Translations under genes and position numbers: made by a program | Shown here: positions 10,608-19,734 of the stretch, in pieces | Layout: every line of letters begins with the position of its first letter | How positions within the stretch are numbered: the first letter of the stretch is position 1 | Notes under the pieces: generated by a model | Told to the model about the DNA's origin: nothing | Databases searched by the model: none | The model's input: the letters and a program-made list of their open reading frames with translations, nothing else | From: Actinomycetota bacterium | Lineage (GTDB): Bacteria; Actinomycetota; Acidimicrobiia; Acidimicrobiales; Ilumatobacteraceae | Length of the DNA stretch: 64,000 nucleotides | NCBI GenBank assembly: GCA_016871295.1 | Contig: VFZD01000001.1 | Span: 19,553-83,552 of the forward strand | Reading direction: 5' to 3'

Positions 10608-11618
10608 ATGACTATTCGGGTTGGAATCAACGGCTTCGGCCGCATCGGAAGGAACTTTTACCGCGCCGCAAAACAGACTGGAGCCGACATCGAGATCGTT
10701 GCGGTCAACGATGTCGGGTCGTTGAAGACGATGGCCCATCTGCTCAAATACGACTCGGTTCTGGGGATGCTACCAAACAAAATCAGCGCCACTGACGACG
10801 GCATAAGCATCGATTCGAAAACGCTCAAGGTTTTGTCGAAGCGCGACCCAAAAGAACTTGGCTGGGGTGCGTTGGGTGTCGACATCGTCATCGAGTCGAC
10901 CGGATTTTTCACCGATCGCGAGAAGGCGGCCGCGCATCTTGATGCCGGTGCGAAATGCGTCGTGGTGTCGGCCCCGGCGACGAATGCCGATGCAACCTTT
11001 GTTTACGGCGTGAACCACAACGATTTTGACGCCAAAAAGCACAAAGTCGTCTCGAATGCGAGTTGCACCACGAATTGTTTCGTGCCGTTGGTCAAAGTGC
11101 TCGACGACGCATTCGGCGTCGAAAATGGCTTGATGACCACGATTCATGCCTACACCGGCGACCAATCGATTGTCGACTTGCCGCACAGCGATCTGCGACG
11201 GGCGAGAGCGGCCGCGATCAATATCATCCCGACGAGCACGGGCGCCGCCCGTGCGACAAGCCTTGTGATGCAGGCGATGAAAGGAAAACTCGACGGCACC
11301 TCGCTGCGTGTGCCCGTGCCCACGGGATCGATCACTGACTTCGTCGCCAACCTGAAAAAGCCGGCCTCGATCGAAGAAATCAACGCCGCTTACAAGAGCG
11401 CCGCAGAGGGTTCGTTGAAGGGGATTCTTGAATACTGCGCCGATCCGATCGTCTCGAGCGATGTGGTGACGAACCCGCACAGTTGCATTTTCGACAAAGA
11501 TCTGACGATGAGCATGGGCTCGTTGGTCAAAGTATTGGGTTGGTACGACAACGAATGGGGATATTCGAATCGTCTCGTGGATATCACCGCTTTCATCGGG
11601 GTCGCGCTGAAGCCGTAA
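10608..11618 (+). CDS. gap: Glyceraldehyde-3-phosphate dehydrogenase
   Basis: 336 aa. INGFGRIGRNF Rossmann start and the catalytic SNASCTTNC motif. AAGG Shine-Dalgarno sequence upstream. Confidence 0.96.
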   Translation: MTIRVGINGFGRIGRNFYRAAKQTGADIEIVAVNDVGSLKTMAHLLKYDSVLGMLPNKISATDDGISIDSKTLKVLSKRDPKELGWGALGVDIVIESTGFFTDREKAAAHLDAGAKCVVVSAPATNADATFVYGVNHNDFDAKKHKVVSNASCTTNCFVPLVKVLDDAFGVENGLMTTIHAYTGDQSIVDLPHSDLRRARAAAINIIPTSTGAARATSLVMQAMKGKLDGTSLRVPVPTGSITDFVANLKKPASIEEINAAYKSAAEGSLKGILEYCADPIVSSDVVTNPHSCIFDKDLTMSMGSLVKVLGWYDNEWGYSNRLVDITAFIGVALKP

Positions 11619-12728
11619 ATGATCCCAAGATTAGAAGACTTGGGTGACGTGCGCGGCAAGACCGTGCTCGTGCGAACCGATTTCAATGTTCCGATGTCGG
11701 GGCCCGACTCGAACCGAGTGATCGTCGACGATTTTCGCATGCGTCGTTCGCTCGAGACGCTCAATTGGTTGACGAGTCGCGGGGCAAAAGTGGTCTGCGC
11801 CAGCCACCTTGGTCGACCAAAAGGAAAGCCCGAGCCGAGATATTCGATGCAGCCGATTCGCGACCGACTGGCGCAACTCGCGCCGGGTGTCGGGTTGCTC
11901 GAAAACCTGAGGTTCGACCCCGGTGAAGAAAAAGACGACCCATCGTTCGTCGCAAAACTGGTCACCGATGTCGACTGCTATGTGAACGATGCTTTTGGTG
12001 CCGCGCACCGCGCCCACGCGTCGGTCGTCGGGCCGCCACGAACTCTGCCGTCGGCCGCCGGTCGGTTGTTGCAGCGCGAACTTGAGATTTTGACCCAGCT
12101 CAGATCGAACCCGAAGCGGCCATTTGTCGCCGTATTGGGTGGCGCGAAGATCAGCGACAAGCTCGGTGTGATCGAGGCGCTGTCAAGGGTCGTCGACCAA
12201 CTGTTGATCGGGGGCGGCATGTGCTTCACCTTTCTCGCCGCGAAGAACTATTCGATTGGCGACTCACTGTGCGAGCGAGATCAGATCGACGCCTGCAAAA
12301 AGTTGCTGAACGGCAAGGTCAAAATCACACTGCCCGAAGACATCGTCGGGCTCGACAGTGCGGGCGAATTTGCGACGTTTGGTCAGCGCCTGCCCGATGG
12401 CGCGAAAGGTCTAGACATCGGCCCCGGTAGTGCCGCCGCATTCGCCGACATCATCATCGGAGCCCGAAGTGTTTTTTGGAACGGACCGATGGGAATGTTC
12501 GAAGACGAAAGATTCGCCTCGGGCACACGAACCGTCGCCACGGCGATGGCCGAGACGAAAGCATTCACCGTCGTCGGCGGTGGCGACTCGGCGGCGGCCT
12601 TGACGCAATTCAATTTGGCGCACGATGTCGACCATGTTTCGACCGGTGGCGGGGCATCATTAGAGTTTCTTGAGCTGGGCGACCTGCCCGGTCTCGTCGC
12701 ACTAAGAGGAGCGCCAAATGTCAAGTGA
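11619..12728 (+). CDS. pgk: Phosphoglycerate kinase (compact, 369 aa)
   Basis: Motifs: VLVRTDFNVP, HLGRPKG, NDAFGAAHRAHAS, GGAKISDK, FWNGPMGMFE, GGGDS. The start codon immediately follows the gap stop. Confidence 0.95.
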   Translation: MIPRLEDLGDVRGKTVLVRTDFNVPMSGPDSNRVIVDDFRMRRSLETLNWLTSRGAKVVCASHLGRPKGKPEPRYSMQPIRDRLAQLAPGVGLLENLRFDPGEEKDDPSFVAKLVTDVDCYVNDAFGAAHRAHASVVGPPRTLPSAAGRLLQRELEILTQLRSNPKRPFVAVLGGAKISDKLGVIEALSRVVDQLLIGGGMCFTFLAAKNYSIGDSLCERDQIDACKKLLNGKVKITLPEDIVGLDSAGEFATFGQRLPDGAKGLDIGPGSAAAFADIIIGARSVFWNGPMGMFEDERFASGTRTVATAMAETKAFTVVGGGDSAAALTQFNLAHDVDHVSTGGGASLEFLELGDLPGLVALRGAPNVK

Positions 12729-13509
12729 TGTTCGTCGACCGTTGATCAGCGGCAACTGGAAAATGAACCACAACCATTTCGAGGCGATCCAGTGCGTGCA
12801 AAAGCTCGCGTACATTTTGAGCAAAGAAGATCTTGCGGCGGTGGATGTTTCGATTCACCCACCGTTCACCGATCTGAGGAGCGTGCAAACCCTGATCGAC
12901 GCCGACGAGCTCAAATTTATTTTGGGCGCGCAACATTGTCATGAGGCAGACTCTGGGGCGTTCACGGGCGAAGTATCGGCGGCCTTTCTTGCCAAACTCA
13001 ACGTCAGTTATGTCATCGTCGGCCACAGCGAACGTCGGGAACTATTCGGCGAAACCGATGAGGTCGTGCACAACAAAATTGTGGCGATCCAAAAACACAA
13101 AATGACCCCGATACTTTGCGTGGGCGAGACTTTGGCCGAGCGCGAAGCCGGCCGGACTCACGAAAAGGTTTTGGGTCAGGTCAGAAGCGCGCTCGAAAAG
13201 CGCAGCGTCGAACAGGTCAAATCGATGGTCATCGCCTACGAGCCGATCTGGGCGATCGGCACCGGCAAGACGGCCACTGCCGGAGACGCCCAGGTGATGA
13301 TCGAAGCAATTCGCCAAGAGGTGGCCAAGGTTTCGTCGGGTTCTGCCGCGGCTGCGATCAGGCTGCAATACGGCGGAAGCGTGAAGGCGAGCAACATCGC
13401 AGAGATCATGTCGCAGCCTGATATTGACGGGGTTTTGGTGGGTGGAGCGAGTTTGGACCCCGCCGAATTCGGGCGCATTTGTCAGTATCGCCTGCGCCCC
13501 TTGAATTGA
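12718..13509 (+). CDS. tpiA: Triosephosphate isomerase
   Basis: 263 aa. Motifs: GNWKMN, VIVGHSERR, AYEPIWAIGTGKTAT, YGGSV. Overlaps the pgk end by 11 nt. Confidence 0.95.
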   Translation: MSSDVRRPLISGNWKMNHNHFEAIQCVQKLAYILSKEDLAAVDVSIHPPFTDLRSVQTLIDADELKFILGAQHCHEADSGAFTGEVSAAFLAKLNVSYVIVGHSERRELFGETDEVVHNKIVAIQKHKMTPILCVGETLAEREAGRTHEKVLGQVRSALEKRSVEQVKSMVIAYEPIWAIGTGKTATAGDAQVMIEAIRQEVAKVSSGSAAAAIRLQYGGSVKASNIAEIMSQPDIDGVLVGGASLDPAEFGRICQYRLRPLN

Positions 13510-13606
13510 TATCCGCTCGAATTTTTCGAAATGGCCAACTTGTGAGTATGCTCTAGGCGATAAGGACCGCACCGGTCTTTACCTATTTCGACGGGGAGGT
13601 CAGGTA

Positions 13607-15358
13607 GTGAGAAAAACCACAAAGATGGCGCGTCTTGCTGCAGCACTAATTTCTGTGTCATTGATTGGCGCGGCATGTGGTGGCAGTGACGATACGGCCA
13701 CAGAAGAAACAACAGCCGAGCCGGCGGCCGAGCCGGCGGCCGAGCCGGTCAGTTATCCGACGAGTTTGGAAGACTGCCCGAACGTCACCTACGACTATGC
13801 CAAGCCGGCAACCACTGGCGGAATGACGATCACATACGACATCAACCCAGCGGCGGTTTGGGATGACGGTTCGCCGATTACGGCAGCCGACTTCGTCGCC
13901 ACATGGGAAGCGGCGTTGAACACACCAGGTTCGATTTCGACCTCGGGTTACGACCAAGTCACCGCGGTCGCGGCGGGCGCGAGCGACAAGCAGGTTGTCG
14001 CCACACTCAAGGCCGTTTATGCGCCATGGCGAACTTTGTTCGGCGGATTGATCAAGGCCGCAGCGGTCAAGAACACGAAAGATGTTTCTGGCGACTTCGC
14101 CGACAACATTCCGTTCTCGGGCCGACCATACAAGATCAAGTCATGGAGCCCGGATCAGGTTGTGTTCGTGCCAAACGACAAGTATTGGGGCGCCGACAAG
14201 GCAGTCACCAAGAAGTTCGTGATGGTGCCGAAAGCCGACAGCGACACTGAAATCGCCGCGATCAAAGCAGGCGAAGTCGATTTCATTTACCCGCAGTTCT
14301 TTGCTGGTATCGAAGCGGCTGTTGCCCAAGACAACATTCAGAGTCAGATTGACTACGGCGGCGACTATGAAGGCTTCTACTTCCAGCAGAAGTGTGGTCC
14401 GTTTGCTGACCCGAACTTCCGTGCCGCGTTCTCGATGTCAATCGACCGTGAGGCGTTGTTCCAGCAGATCTACATCCCACTTGGTGGCAAAGAATTGCTC
14501 CAGTGCGGTCCGATGGTGCCCGGTCCATTTTGCAACGGTGACGAGTTCGCGAACAGTCACGACCCTGCAGCAGCCGAAGCGTTGTTGACCGAGAACGGTT
14601 GGACAAAGGGCGCAGACGGATACTGGGTCGACCCAAGTGGCAATGTCCCCGATATTCGTTGGATCATCAACACCGGCAATACCCGCCGCGAGAATACGCA
14701 GGCCTATTTGATTCCGTTGCTAAATGCAGCCGGTTTCAAGGTTCGAGCCGACAACTGCGACGCCGCCTGCTATTTCCAGCAGCGACTTCCAGCTTTGGAT
14801 TACGACATGGCGATGTATATCTCGACAGCGCCACCAGATCCCGCCTACTTGACGGCAGGGTTCACTTGCGACTTGATCCCGACCGAGGCCAACGGCAACA
14901 TCGGCCAGAACAGCCAAGGTTGGTGCAACACCGAAGCATCTGACCTGCTCTATGCGGCCGATGTCGACGCTGATGCGGCGACCCGTGCCGACAAGGTCAA
15001 GCAAGTGCTTGCGCTGATGGCCAAAGACCATGTGATGCTGCCGTTGATGCAGTTCCCCAAGTCTGGTTTCGTCCGCACCGACAAGGTCGGCGGTCCGTGG
15101 AACGGTGAACTCAACAACTACTCTGCGTTCAACAACATTCACCTCTGGCAAGATGTCGACGGTGACGGGCAAATCGTGCTCGGCGCCGAACAGTGGCCAG
15201 AGTGTTTGAACCCGATCACGGAGTGTGCGAACTCTTCGTGGATGGTTTGGACCTCGGCATTCCAGGTGATGCCTGGTGCCTACGCGACTACCAATGACGG
15301 CAAGTACGTGGTCACCAACCTGCTCTCTGGTGAAGCAAAGGTTGAAATCAAGAGCTAA
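13607..15358 (+). CDS. ABC transporter substrate-binding lipoprotein, family 5 (peptide/nickel, DppA/OppA-like)
   Basis: 583 aa with a GTG start after a GGGGAGG Shine-Dalgarno sequence. Signal plus lipobox LIGAAC, then an acidic TAEPAAEPAAEP linker. Size and downstream DppBCDF-type genes fit this family. Confidence 0.85.
   Translation: MRKTTKMARLAAALISVSLIGAACGGSDDTATEETTAEPAAEPAAEPVSYPTSLEDCPNVTYDYAKPATTGGMTITYDINPAAVWDDGSPITAADFVATWEAALNTPGSISTSGYDQVTAVAAGASDKQVVATLKAVYAPWRTLFGGLIKAAAVKNTKDVSGDFADNIPFSGRPYKIKSWSPDQVVFVPNDKYWGADKAVTKKFVMVPKADSDTEIAAIKAGEVDFIYPQFFAGIEAAVAQDNIQSQIDYGGDYEGFYFQQKCGPFADPNFRAAFSMSIDREALFQQIYIPLGGKELLQCGPMVPGPFCNGDEFANSHDPAAAEALLTENGWTKGADGYWVDPSGNVPDIRWIINTGNTRRENTQAYLIPLLNAAGFKVRADNCDAACYFQQRLPALDYDMAMYISTAPPDPAYLTAGFTCDLIPTEANGNIGQNSQGWCNTEASDLLYAADVDADAATRADKVKQVLALMAKDHVMLPLMQFPKSGFVRTDKVGGPWNGELNNYSAFNNIHLWQDVDGDGQIVLGAEQWPECLNPITECANSSWMVWTSAFQVMPGAYATTNDGKYVVTNLLSGEAKVEIKS
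13715..13748 (+). repeat. 12-nt tandem repeat GCCGAGCCGGCG x2.8 encoding the (AEPA)n lipoprotein linker
   Basis: Read directly. In frame within the substrate-binding protein gene, just after the lipobox. Confidence 0.8.
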
Positions 15359-15383
15359 GCGCTCGAGAAAGATAGTTAACAGG

Positions 15384-15419
15384 CAAGGTGCGCCGGTTCT
15401 TCCAAATCGGCGCACCTTG
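15384..15419 (+). terminator. Perfect 12-bp stem-loop between the binding-protein and permease genes (attenuator or mRNA-stabilising hairpin)
   Basis: CAAGGTGCGCCG (15384-15395), a 12-nt loop, then CGGCGCACCTTG (15408-15419). No U-tract follows. Confidence 0.4.
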
Positions 15420-15481
15420 TGCGTCACGGGTCGTCTAATCCCGATTTTGACAATGTTTTCTGATCGGCAAGAGTTGAAAAG

Positions 15482-16456
15482 ATGTTTCGCTATATCTTGA
15501 GGCGGTTGGCGTGGGCGATTCCGACGCTGTTGATCGTGACTTTTTTGGTCTATCTCGCGTTGCGCTTCGGCACCGACCCGGTTGCAAGTTATAAGAGAAT
15601 CAATCCGCGGGCCAGTCGGGCGAAAGTTCAGCAGTACATCGATTTGAATGGGCTCGACCCAAATTTCGTCAAGGGTTATTTGACATGGCTTCGAAATTTT
15701 GTGACGGGCGATTGGGCGCCGAGCATCAAAGGTCGTCGCGAAGTTTGGCCGGCGCTCAAAGACGCAATGGCCAACACACTTCGTCTAGGCACCGCGGCGA
15801 CGGTCGTCGGCATCTTTTTTGGTTTGATTGCAGGAGTCTTTGCCGCTCTGCGACCCGGCGGCAAGCGGGATGTGTTCATCAACACGAGCGCCTTTGTTGG
15901 CATCTCAATTCCGCCGTTTATCAGCGCGATTCTGCTCCAGCTTTTGTTCGCCGTCTATTGGCAAAGGTGGTTCGGCGCAAGCCTATTTCCGACCTCGGGC
16001 GTCTATCCACCTGGTCATTCAGGGTTTGATCTTCCGTTGATGATTCGCTACATGGTTTTGCCGACGATCGTCGTCGCGATTCAAATCATCGCCACCTACA
16101 GCCGGTATATGCGCTCGTCGCTGTTGGATGTCTTGAACTCCGACTATATGCGCACGGCGCGATCCAAGGGCATCAGTGAGCGTCGAGTTTTGCTGAAACA
16201 CGGCATGCGTAACGCGCTGATTCCCGTGGTGACGATTGCGGCACTCGATGTCGGTTCGATAGTGGGTGGTTTGATCATCACCGAAAACATCTTTTCGTAT
16301 CCCGGAATGGGTCTGTATTTTTTGAAGTCCTTTGGCGAGGGTGATTTTCCGTTGTTGATGCCGTGGATGGTCGTGATCGTCGCGTCAGTTTTGCTTTTCA
16401 ATTTGATCGCCGATATCTCGTATGCGTGGCTCGACCCGAGGATTCGTCTTGAGTGA
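15482..16456 (+). CDS. ABC transporter permease (DppB/OppB type)
   Basis: 324 aa. N-terminus MFRYILRRLAWAIPTLLIVTFLVYL is typical of the family, and the EAA-like loop YMRTARSKGISERRVLLKHGMRNALIPV is present. Confidence 0.9.
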   Translation: MFRYILRRLAWAIPTLLIVTFLVYLALRFGTDPVASYKRINPRASRAKVQQYIDLNGLDPNFVKGYLTWLRNFVTGDWAPSIKGRREVWPALKDAMANTLRLGTAATVVGIFFGLIAGVFAALRPGGKRDVFINTSAFVGISIPPFISAILLQLLFAVYWQRWFGASLFPTSGVYPPGHSGFDLPLMIRYMVLPTIVVAIQIIATYSRYMRSSLLDVLNSDYMRTARSKGISERRVLLKHGMRNALIPVVTIAALDVGSIVGGLIITENIFSYPGMGLYFLKSFGEGDFPLLMPWMVVIVASVLLFNLIADISYAWLDPRIRLE

Positions 16457-17366
16457 CCTGACGCTGCAACTCTCGCCACGACAGATGGCCTTTCGCAGAT
16501 TTGTCTCGCACAAAGCCGCCGTGGTCAGTTGTGGAGTGATTCTTATCTTGAGTTTGTTCGTCATTTTGGCCCCGTTCACGGCACGCTACGGAGTCAATCA
16601 GTCGGTTCAAGCGCCACCAAATTCGTTTTTATCCCCGAGAGCCAATGCCTGGCTCGGCACGGATGACATCGGCCGCGATCTTTACAGTCGCTTGATTTTT
16701 GGAATACGCGTGTCGCTTGTTATCGGCCTCGCGAGTGCATTGATTTCAGTGACCCTGGGTTCGTTGATCGGCGCAATCGCCGGTTTTCGTGGCGGCAAGT
16801 TTGACGACATCATGATGCGGGTCACCGACTTGTTCCTCGCCTTCCCATTTTTGGTGACGCTACTCGTCGTGCGAAATGTGCTCGGGGCGGTGCCATGGTT
16901 GAAGCCACTGACCGGCGAGATGAACTCGGTGCGGTTCATCATCGTACTGTTCGGTATTTTCGGCTGGATGGGCGTCGCACGCATCGTGCGCGGGCAGGTG
17001 CTCTCATTGAAGGAGCGTGAATTCGTCGAGGCTGCACGCGCGGTTGGCGCCTCGCGAAGATACATGATCTCTCGTCATCTGTTGCCAAATTCGATCGGCC
17101 AAATCATGGTCGCGCTGACATTTTCGGTTGTTGGTGCGATCATCGGCGAGTCGACACTGGCTTTTTTCGGTTATGGCCCGCAGGCCGGCGATGGAGCGAC
17201 ATCACTCGGCATCTTGGTGGGTGCTGCCAAGGGAGCGGTGCAAACGGGTTTTTGGTGGCTGGCGGTGTTTCCTTGTTTCGCCCTGATCATCATCGCTCTG
17301 AGCATCAACTTCATCGGTGATGCGCTACGAGACGCAACCGACCCGCGACTAGATCGGGGAGCATGA
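16422..17366 (+). CDS. ABC transporter permease (DppC/OppC type); start uncertain
   Basis: Coordinates are the ORF bounds. TTG 16449 and ATG 16485 are plausible real starts. Has the EAA loop FVEAARAVGASRRYMISRHLLPNS and multiple TM segments. Confidence 0.85.
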   Translation: MRGSTRGFVLSDLTLQLSPRQMAFRRFVSHKAAVVSCGVILILSLFVILAPFTARYGVNQSVQAPPNSFLSPRANAWLGTDDIGRDLYSRLIFGIRVSLVIGLASALISVTLGSLIGAIAGFRGGKFDDIMMRVTDLFLAFPFLVTLLVVRNVLGAVPWLKPLTGEMNSVRFIIVLFGIFGWMGVARIVRGQVLSLKEREFVEAARAVGASRRYMISRHLLPNSIGQIMVALTFSVVGAIIGESTLAFFGYGPQAGDGATSLGILVGAAKGAVQTGFWWLAVFPCFALIIIALSINFIGDALRDATDPRLDRGA

Positions 17367-18346
17367 TGGCAGAAAAAGTTCTGCAAATTCGCGACCTGCA
17401 TGTCACGTTCGATACACCCTTAGGCCCACTTGAGGCCGTGCGCGGGGTCGACATCGAAGTCGAGGCGGGCGAGTTGCTCGGCGTCGTAGGCGAGTCGGGT
17501 TCGGGAAAATCCGTGAGTTTTTTGGCGACGATGGGTCTCTTGCCAACAAGGGCACGCGTCACCGGTTCTGCCATTTTGGCGGGCGAGGAGTTGATCGGTG
17601 CATCGCCAAAAAAGATGCGCGACGTGCGCGGTCGACTTTTGTCGATGATTTTTCAAGACCCACTCTCGGCGCTCAACCCCGTGCACCGAATCGGTGATCA
17701 AATCTCTGAGATGCTGCGCTCGCACCAAGACTTGACCCATCGCGAGTCAGGAAAAAGGGCCATCGAACTTCTCGACATCGTCGGTATTCCACAACCCGCA
17801 GATAGGGCGCGTCAATATCCGCACGAGTTTTCAGGAGGAATGCGCCAACGGGTTGTCATCGCGATCGCGATCGCCAACAATCCCAAGGTGTTGATCGCCG
17901 ACGAGCCGACGACGGCGCTTGACGTGACGGTTCAGGCCCAGATTCTCGAGGTCATCGAGCGAGTACAAGCGCGCTTCGGTACGGCCGTGGTGTTGATCAC
18001 CCATGATCTTGGTGTGATCGCGCGCGTGGCCGACAGGGTGAATGTGATGTATGCGGGTCGAAATGTCGAACAGGGCCCGATCAACAGTGTGTTCGATCAC
18101 CCCAGTCATCCATATACGCGGGGTCTGCTCGCTTCGTTGCCTCGTGCCGGCAAGCAACGACTGAAGCCGATCACCGGTTTTCCGCCGAACATGCTGCAAC
18201 CACCCCGCGGTTGTGCGTTTCATCCGCGATGCGAGTTTGCCGCGGAAATCTGCCGGGGTGACTTGCCTGAATTGAGACAGGTCGACGACCTGCAATCGGC
18301 CTGTGTGCGGGCCAAAGAACTACCCCGAATCGGGATTTTCGTATGA
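17363..18346 (+). CDS. ABC transporter ATP-binding protein (DppD/OppD type)
   Basis: Walker A GESGSGKS, signature FSGGMRQR, Walker [12 protein letters not shown], and the C-terminal oligopeptide-type extension with CAFHPRC. Confidence 0.92.
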   Translation: MMAEKVLQIRDLHVTFDTPLGPLEAVRGVDIEVEAGELLGVVGESGSGKSVSFLATMGLLPTRARVTGSAILAGEELIGASPKKMRDVRGRLLSMIFQDPLSALNPVHRIGDQISEMLRSHQDLTHRESGKRAIELLDIVGIPQPADRARQYPHEFSGGMRQRVVIAIAIANNPKVLIADEPTTALDVTVQAQILEVIERVQARFGTAVVLITHDLGVIARVADRVNVMYAGRNVEQGPINSVFDHPSHPYTRGLLASLPRAGKQRLKPITGFPPNMLQPPRGCAFHPRCEFAAEICRGDLPELRQVDDLQSACVRAKELPRIGIFV

Positions 18347-19317
18347 CGACGCAGTTATTGAAAGTCACGAACCTCGTCAAGAATTTCGAGTTGCGCCTCA
18401 ACAACGGCGCACGACGAAGGAAACGGATTGTTCAGGCCGTGACGAATGTGTCGTTCGCCGTTGAAAAGGGCCAGACACTTGGCCTGGTCGGCGAGTCGGG
18501 TTCGGGCAAAACAACCGTCGGTCGATGCATTTTGCGATTGATCGAGCCCACTTCGGGCACCGTCGAGTTCGAGGGCGAAGATCTCGGCTCCTTGAAATTC
18601 GAAGAAATGCGAGCGCTGCGCAGAAAAATGCAGATCGTGTTTCAAGACCCGTTCGCTTCGCTCGACCCGAAGATGACCGTTGGTGCGTCGATTTCCGAGC
18701 CGCTTACGGTTCAAAACGTGCCGGGAGACCACACGGACAAAGTGATCGAGTTGCTCGAACTCGTCGGTCTTGCCGCCGACCACGCGCAAAGATATCCGCA
18801 TGAGTTCTCGGGTGGCCAGCGTCAACGAATCGGCGTCGCTCGTGCCCTGGCCCTAAACCCCGCGCTGATCGTGCTCGACGAACCCGTGTCGGCGCTGGAT
18901 GTAAGCATTCAGGCCGGCGTAGTGAACTTGTTCGAAGACCTGCAACAACGACTCGGCATGAGTTATATCTTCATCGCCCACGATTTGTCGGTGATCAGGC
19001 ACATTGCCGATCGGGTCGCGGTGATGTACCTGGGGAAAATCGTGGAGATCGGTGACCAACAAGATGTATATGAAAAGCCGAGTCATCCATACACGAAGGC
19101 ATTGTTGTCGGCCGTGCCCGTACCCGACCCGAAAAGTGAGCGGGCCCGACAGCGAATCATGCTCGAGGGCGACGTGCCATCGCCGGTGAATCCGCCGAGC
19201 GGCTGCCGCTTTCGCACGCGTTGTTGGAAGGCGCAAGATGTTTGTGCACAGGAGGAACCAGTTTTGTTGCAACGGGCGAGCGGCCAGTTCTCAGCCTGCC
19301 ATTTTCCCGAGACCTAA
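18343..19317 (+). CDS. ABC transporter ATP-binding protein (DppF/OppF type)
   Basis: Walker A GESGSGKT, signature FSGGQRQR, Walker [10 protein letters not shown], and the C-terminal CRFRTRC motif. ATGA overlap with the upstream ATPase gene. Confidence 0.92.
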   Translation: MTTQLLKVTNLVKNFELRLNNGARRRKRIVQAVTNVSFAVEKGQTLGLVGESGSGKTTVGRCILRLIEPTSGTVEFEGEDLGSLKFEEMRALRRKMQIVFQDPFASLDPKMTVGASISEPLTVQNVPGDHTDKVIELLELVGLAADHAQRYPHEFSGGQRQRIGVARALALNPALIVLDEPVSALDVSIQAGVVNLFEDLQQRLGMSYIFIAHDLSVIRHIADRVAVMYLGKIVEIGDQQDVYEKPSHPYTKALLSAVPVPDPKSERARQRIMLEGDVPSPVNPPSGCRFRTRCWKAQDVCAQEEPVLLQRASGQFSACHFPET

Positions 19318-19332
19318 AGATAGAATTCGGGG

Positions 19333-19572
19333 GTGCGCAATTTCGTCACATATCTGACGATCGTGATCAATGTGGTGGCGATGCTGGCGATGGTCGTCGG
19401 CGTGCTGCTGCACAGTGGTCGGGGCGGCGGCCTGTCTGACATGTTTGGTGGTGGGGGCGCCACTGCCCTCGGCTCGGCCGCGGCCGAGCGAAACTTGAAC
19501 CGAATCACGACGGTGTTGGCGCTGGTCTGGATACTTACGGTTATTGCGCTGGGTTTGTTGCTGACAAACTAG
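19333..19572 (+). CDS. secG: Preprotein translocase subunit SecG
   Basis: 79 aa with a GTG start. Two TM helices flank the Gly-rich loop HSGRGGGLSDMFGGGG. A tRNA-Leu follows, as in the E. coli secG-leuU arrangement. Confidence 0.85.
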   Translation: MRNFVTYLTIVINVVAMLAMVVGVLLHSGRGGGLSDMFGGGGATALGSAAAERNLNRITTVLALVWILTVIALGLLLTN

Positions 19573-19589
19573 ATAGATTTTTACTGCAA

Positions 19590-19673
19590 GTCGGAGTGGC
19601 GAAATTGGCAGACGCACCAGCTTAAGGGGCTGGCGCTCGCAAGAGCGTGAGGGTTCAAGTCCCTCCTTCGACA
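19590..19673 (+). tRNA. tRNA-Leu (type II, long variable arm); anticodon reads AAG; no encoded CCA
   Basis: Hand-folded. Acceptor GTCGGAG/CTTCGAC (one G-T pair). Anticodon stem CCAGC/GCTGG with loop TTAAGGG (anticodon at 19624-19626). Variable arm CGCTC-GCAA-GAGCG. T arm GAGGG-TTCAAGT-CCCTC. Aligns column by column with E. coli leuU, whose loop is TTGAGGT. Confidence 0.88.
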
Positions 19674-19734
19674 CGACAAGTGGTCTCGTCGACCCGCAAA
19701 CGGTGGTTATTATTTTTTCAGTGAAAGTTTCGTC

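Noticed and set aside
19617-19633. Alternative reading of the tRNA-Leu anticodon as TAA, by shifting the loop one base.
   Set aside because: The shifted register would need an ACCAG/GGCTG stem, which does not pair. The CCAGC/GCTGG stem is perfect and matches the E. coli leuU alignment, which fixes the anticodon as AAG.
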